A stretch of 63,474 nt of DNA, filler included, from Octopus bimaculoides (lineage: Eukaryota), in NCBI RefSeq assembly GCF_001194135.2. It is 8 parts of 8 records of this genome, joined end to end, with 100 filler letters (N's around TTAATTAATTAA, not from the genome) between each part and the next. Parts side by side here need not be neighbours in the genome. Positions count along the whole stretch, not along the records: positions 58,838 to 61,570 come from NW_026357891.1; positions 61,671 to 63,474 come from NW_026328758.1; 6 more parts are not named here. The stretch is one strand, 5' to 3'. The notes below the pieces were generated by a model. The model had not been told where the DNA came from. It was given only the letters and a program-made list of their open reading frames with translations, and searched no databases. The position numbers and the translations under genes are program-made. Positions 60,106-63,474 of this stretch are shown here, one piece after another; the first letter of the stretch is position 1, and every line of letters begins with the position of its first letter.

Positions 60106-60989
60106 TAAGACCAAAGAAGCGTTTGTTTATTTCCTATCTTGGAACGCGACAGGACTTTCTTACCAGACTTATACATACATACAGAGAATACATACATACA
60201 GAGAATACATACATACATGCGTACATACATGCATACATACATACATACATACATACATACATACATACAGAGAAAACATACATGCATACATACATGTTGT
60301 TGTTGGCACTCCGTCGCTTACGNNNNNNNNNNNNNNNNNNNNNNNNNNNNNNNNNNNNNNNNNNNNNNNNNNNNNNNNNNNNNNNNNNNNNNNNNNNNNN
60401 NNNNNNNNNNNNNNNNNNNNNNNNNNNNNNNNNNNNNNNNNNNNNNNNNNNNNNNNNNNNNNNNNNNNNNNNNNNNNNNNNNNNNNNNNNNNNNNNNNNN
60501 NNNNNNNNNNNNNNNNNNNNNNNNNNNNNNNNNNNNNNNNNNNNNNNNNNNNNNNNNNNNNNNNNNNNNNNNNNNNNNNNNNNNNNNNNNNNNNNNNNNN
60601 NNNNNNNNNNNNNNNNNNNNNNNNNNNNNNNNNNNNNNNNNNNNNNNNNNNNNNNNNNNNNNNNNNNNNNNNNNNNNNNNNNNNNNNNNNNNNNNNNNNN
60701 NNNNNNNNNNNNNNNNNNNNNNNNNNNNNNNNNNNNNNNNNNNNNNNNNNNNNNNNNNNNNNNNNNNNNNNNNNGCAAGATCGATAAAATAAGTACCAGT
60801 TGATTACTGGGGACGATGTAATCGACTTAACTATTCCTGGTGATGAGTATGAAAACTGCACCCATATGCCAGTGTGGTAGACGTTGGCTCATCAAATCAG
60901 TGTGATCGCTAGTTCAAATTCACGGCGTCCATATTGCACCGTAGTTGGTGATGAAAACATGTTGAGACCTTCGTCCTGCAGCGGACTGT

Positions 60990-61125
60990 GCTTATCTCCC
61001 CTGTTTAAAAACATGTGGACACAGGACGCTTGTGTCTCATGGCCAACTGGAAACGATGTTTCCTAGGGCTAAATAGCAGTAGTATTCTTCCCTTTCCTGG
61101 GACTGCCACATTAAGTTGGCAACAA
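60990..61125 (+). mobile_element. Partial arm of the 18716-19267 foldback family
   Basis: GGAAACGATGTTTCCTAGGGCTAAATAGCAGTAGTATTCTTCCC...CACATTAAGTTGGCAACA. Confidence 0.8.
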
Positions 61126-61352
61126 GCCATCACATTATATATATATATGTATGTATATATGTAGTTCAAATTCATAGAAAACAAAAGACGAAGACAGATG
61201 AAAGAACAACAAGCAAATGTATTAGTTTGACGCTTGGGAAAAATGGAAAAGTCTTTGACGTTTCGAGCCTACGCTCTTCGACAGAAACGATTGAGAGGTA
61301 AAAAATGGATAGAGAAAAAACGTGTAGAGATGTACGGTTTAACACACACACG

Positions 61353-61393
<41 letters not shown>

Positions 61394-62336
61394 TATATAT
61401 TACTTCTTATCTGTATACAGTAGAAGAAAATTACTCAAGCTGCCTTGCTGTGGGACTGAACTTGAATCTACGTGATTGCAAACCGAGATTCTTAACCACA
61501 CCGCTACGGGTTCAATGCAGACTTAGTTCTATATACACATACACACTTGAATAAACAACTATATATATATNNNNNNNNNNNNNNNNNNNNNNNNNNNNNN
61601 NNNNNNNNNNNNNNTTAATTAATTAANNNNNNNNNNNNNNNNNNNNNNNNNNNNNNNNNNNNNNNNNNNNAAATATTAAAAGTTTTCTTAATATCATTTA
61701 TAATACTTAAAAATGAAGATAAAATTACACCCTATTGGTATCAACTCTGTTATATTTATTAGTGTCATGTCTTTCTCTGAACCTGATTTACACTGTTTCA
61801 AGTACACAGGTTAACTTTCAACTTAGCCTCCTTTTAAAACAATTTGTACTCTCCTTAATTTCAAAAATATCCCCGTATGTCCCTCGCCCATTCTTTATAT
61901 ATATTTGTCGCTTTATTTTTATTATGGTCAACACAAAATTAGCTAGTCTAACCTTTATGATTTTAATTGTTCTAAATTTTATGATTAATTGGTATAATAT
62001 ATTTCACAATGGCAAAGAATGAAGCAACAAGTTGTTGCTGTACTAAAGTCATAAAAATTTGTACATAACATATAACTAGGAGACTTTTACTATTATACAA
62101 ATAATTTCCTGAGTTGTGACTATTTCAACGACAAACAAACAGTGTGTCAATTCTAGACAGCAATCGATATATTAGACCTGAGTACTGTATACAATATCAT
62201 TATTATTANNNNNNNNNNNNNNNNNNNNNNNNNNNNNNNNNNNNNNNNNNNNNNNNNNNNNNNNNNNNNNNNNNNNNNNNNNNNNNNNNNNNNNNNNNNN
62301 NNNNNNNNNNNNNNNNNNNNNNNNNNNNNNNNNNNN

Positions 62337-63474
62337 ATTATTATTATCATTATCATTATTATTGAGTGAGAGAGCAGTGCATGCCACCAAAATAACAGTG
62401 GGGAAAAATACAAAGCCTATTATACCCCTCATGACTACCCGTCTGATAAGGGTACATGAGGCACATGCATCACAACCACATGTGCGCGACATGGTGATCT
62501 CATATCAANNNNNNNNNNNNNNNNNNNNNNNNNNNNNNNNNNNNNNNNNNNNNNNNNNNNNNNNNNNNNNNNNNNNNNNNNNNNNNNNNNNNNNNNNNNN
62601 NNNNNNNNNNNNNNNNNNNNNNNNNNNNNNNNNNNNNNNNNNNNNNNNNNNNNNNNNNNNNNNNNNNNNNNNNNNNNNNNNNNNNNNNNNNNNNNNNNNN
62701 NNNNNNNNNNNNNNNNNNNNNNNNNNNNNNNNNNNNNNNNNNNNNNAACAACTGACAAGCAAATCTGTGGTAGTAAGCAGAATATTTGCTGTAGCCAATC
62801 TTTTATAGGAAGACAAAACAATGTACATGATAACACTTCCAACCAATTAAGATCAGAAACCNNNNNNNNNNNNNNNNNNNNNNNNNNNNNNNNNNNNNNN
62901 NNNNNNNNNNNNNNNNNNNNNNNNNNNNNNNNNNNNNNNNNNNNNNNNNNNNNNNNNNNNNNNNNNNNNNNNNNNNNNNNNNNNNNNNNNNNNNNNNNNN
63001 NNNNNNNNNNNNNNNNNNNNNNNNNNNNNNNNNNNNNNNNNNNNNNNNNNNNNNNNNNNNNNNNNNNNNNNNNNNNNNNNNNNNNNNNNNNNNNNNNNNN
63101 NNNNNNNNNNNNGCATGACCTCGCAGGTGGGGCCCAGTTAGAATTTTATTCAGGTCGAGTAGTCCATCCACTCAAAAGGTCCCTGAATAAGGTTTGTTTA
63201 AGGATTTTGAGCAAAACANNNNNNNNNNAAAGGTCCCTGAATAAGGTTTGTTTAAGGATTTTGAGCAAAACACCCATGCTTCCAAACGTGAATTGTTCAA
63301 ACCCCAAAGAATCCCTCTCAACACATGGTTATGATGCTCCCCCACNNNNNNNNNNAACCCCAAAGAATCCCTCTCAACACATGGTTATGATGCTCCCCCA
63401 CTACTTCTGCTCAAACAATGTACATACATGATAACACTTCCAATCAATTAAGATCAGAAGCCATGAGAACCACT
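62337..63474 (-). mobile_element. Fragmented LINE 3' region (RTE-like) with (TAA)n tail, split by gaps
   Basis: rc ...GCACTGCTCTCTCACTCAATAATAATG; pieces repeat across small gaps. Confidence 0.45.

Noticed and set aside
18059-61626. Seven identical TTAATTAATTAA islands as a possible regular repeat array
   Set aside because: Each is centred in a 100-nt N gap and gives stops in all six frames; this is a scaffolding linker.
63170-63395. Near-identical short direct duplications around 10-N gaps
   Set aside because: Pattern typical of overlapping contig ends in the assembly.
1456-63431. Most ORFs in the supplied track, including all long X-containing ones
   Set aside because: They are translations of microsatellites (poly-CV, YI, HT, ER, SL) or run through N gaps; no protein signal.
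1-63474. CRISPR arrays, rRNA, operons or other prokaryotic systems
   Set aside because: No repeat-spacer array, rRNA motif or gene-dense segment; the sequence is eukaryotic repeat-rich DNA.

Overview
AT-rich eukaryotic DNA, dense in microsatellites, with many N gaps. The tRNA-headed SINE families and repeat landscape look like an octopod cephalopod draft assembly (inference from repeat recognition, not a database hit). No intact protein-coding gene was recognised, so the window reads as intergenic or deep intronic. It is built from at least four SINE families, decayed Tc1/mariner elements (mariner, maT-like, Tc1), hAT- and pogo-type MITEs, long foldback elements, a Helitron helicase fragment, non-LTR fragments (RTE, Tx1/L1, RLE R4/Dong-like) and a Penelope-like (PLE) RT-thumb/GIY-YIG fragment. 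The most interesting signal is a set of type I hammerhead-ribozyme (HHR) motifs with palindromic helix III. The best are at 19062-19102(+), 48200-48250(+), 56819-56921(-) and 57416-57499(-), plus several decayed copies. Most sit as inverted pairs inside non-coding foldback repeats, which suggests a family of non-autonomous PLE-derived or retrozyme-like elements. Cleavage activity and novelty are untested. SINE names A-D are my own working labels, and most element boundaries are approximate.
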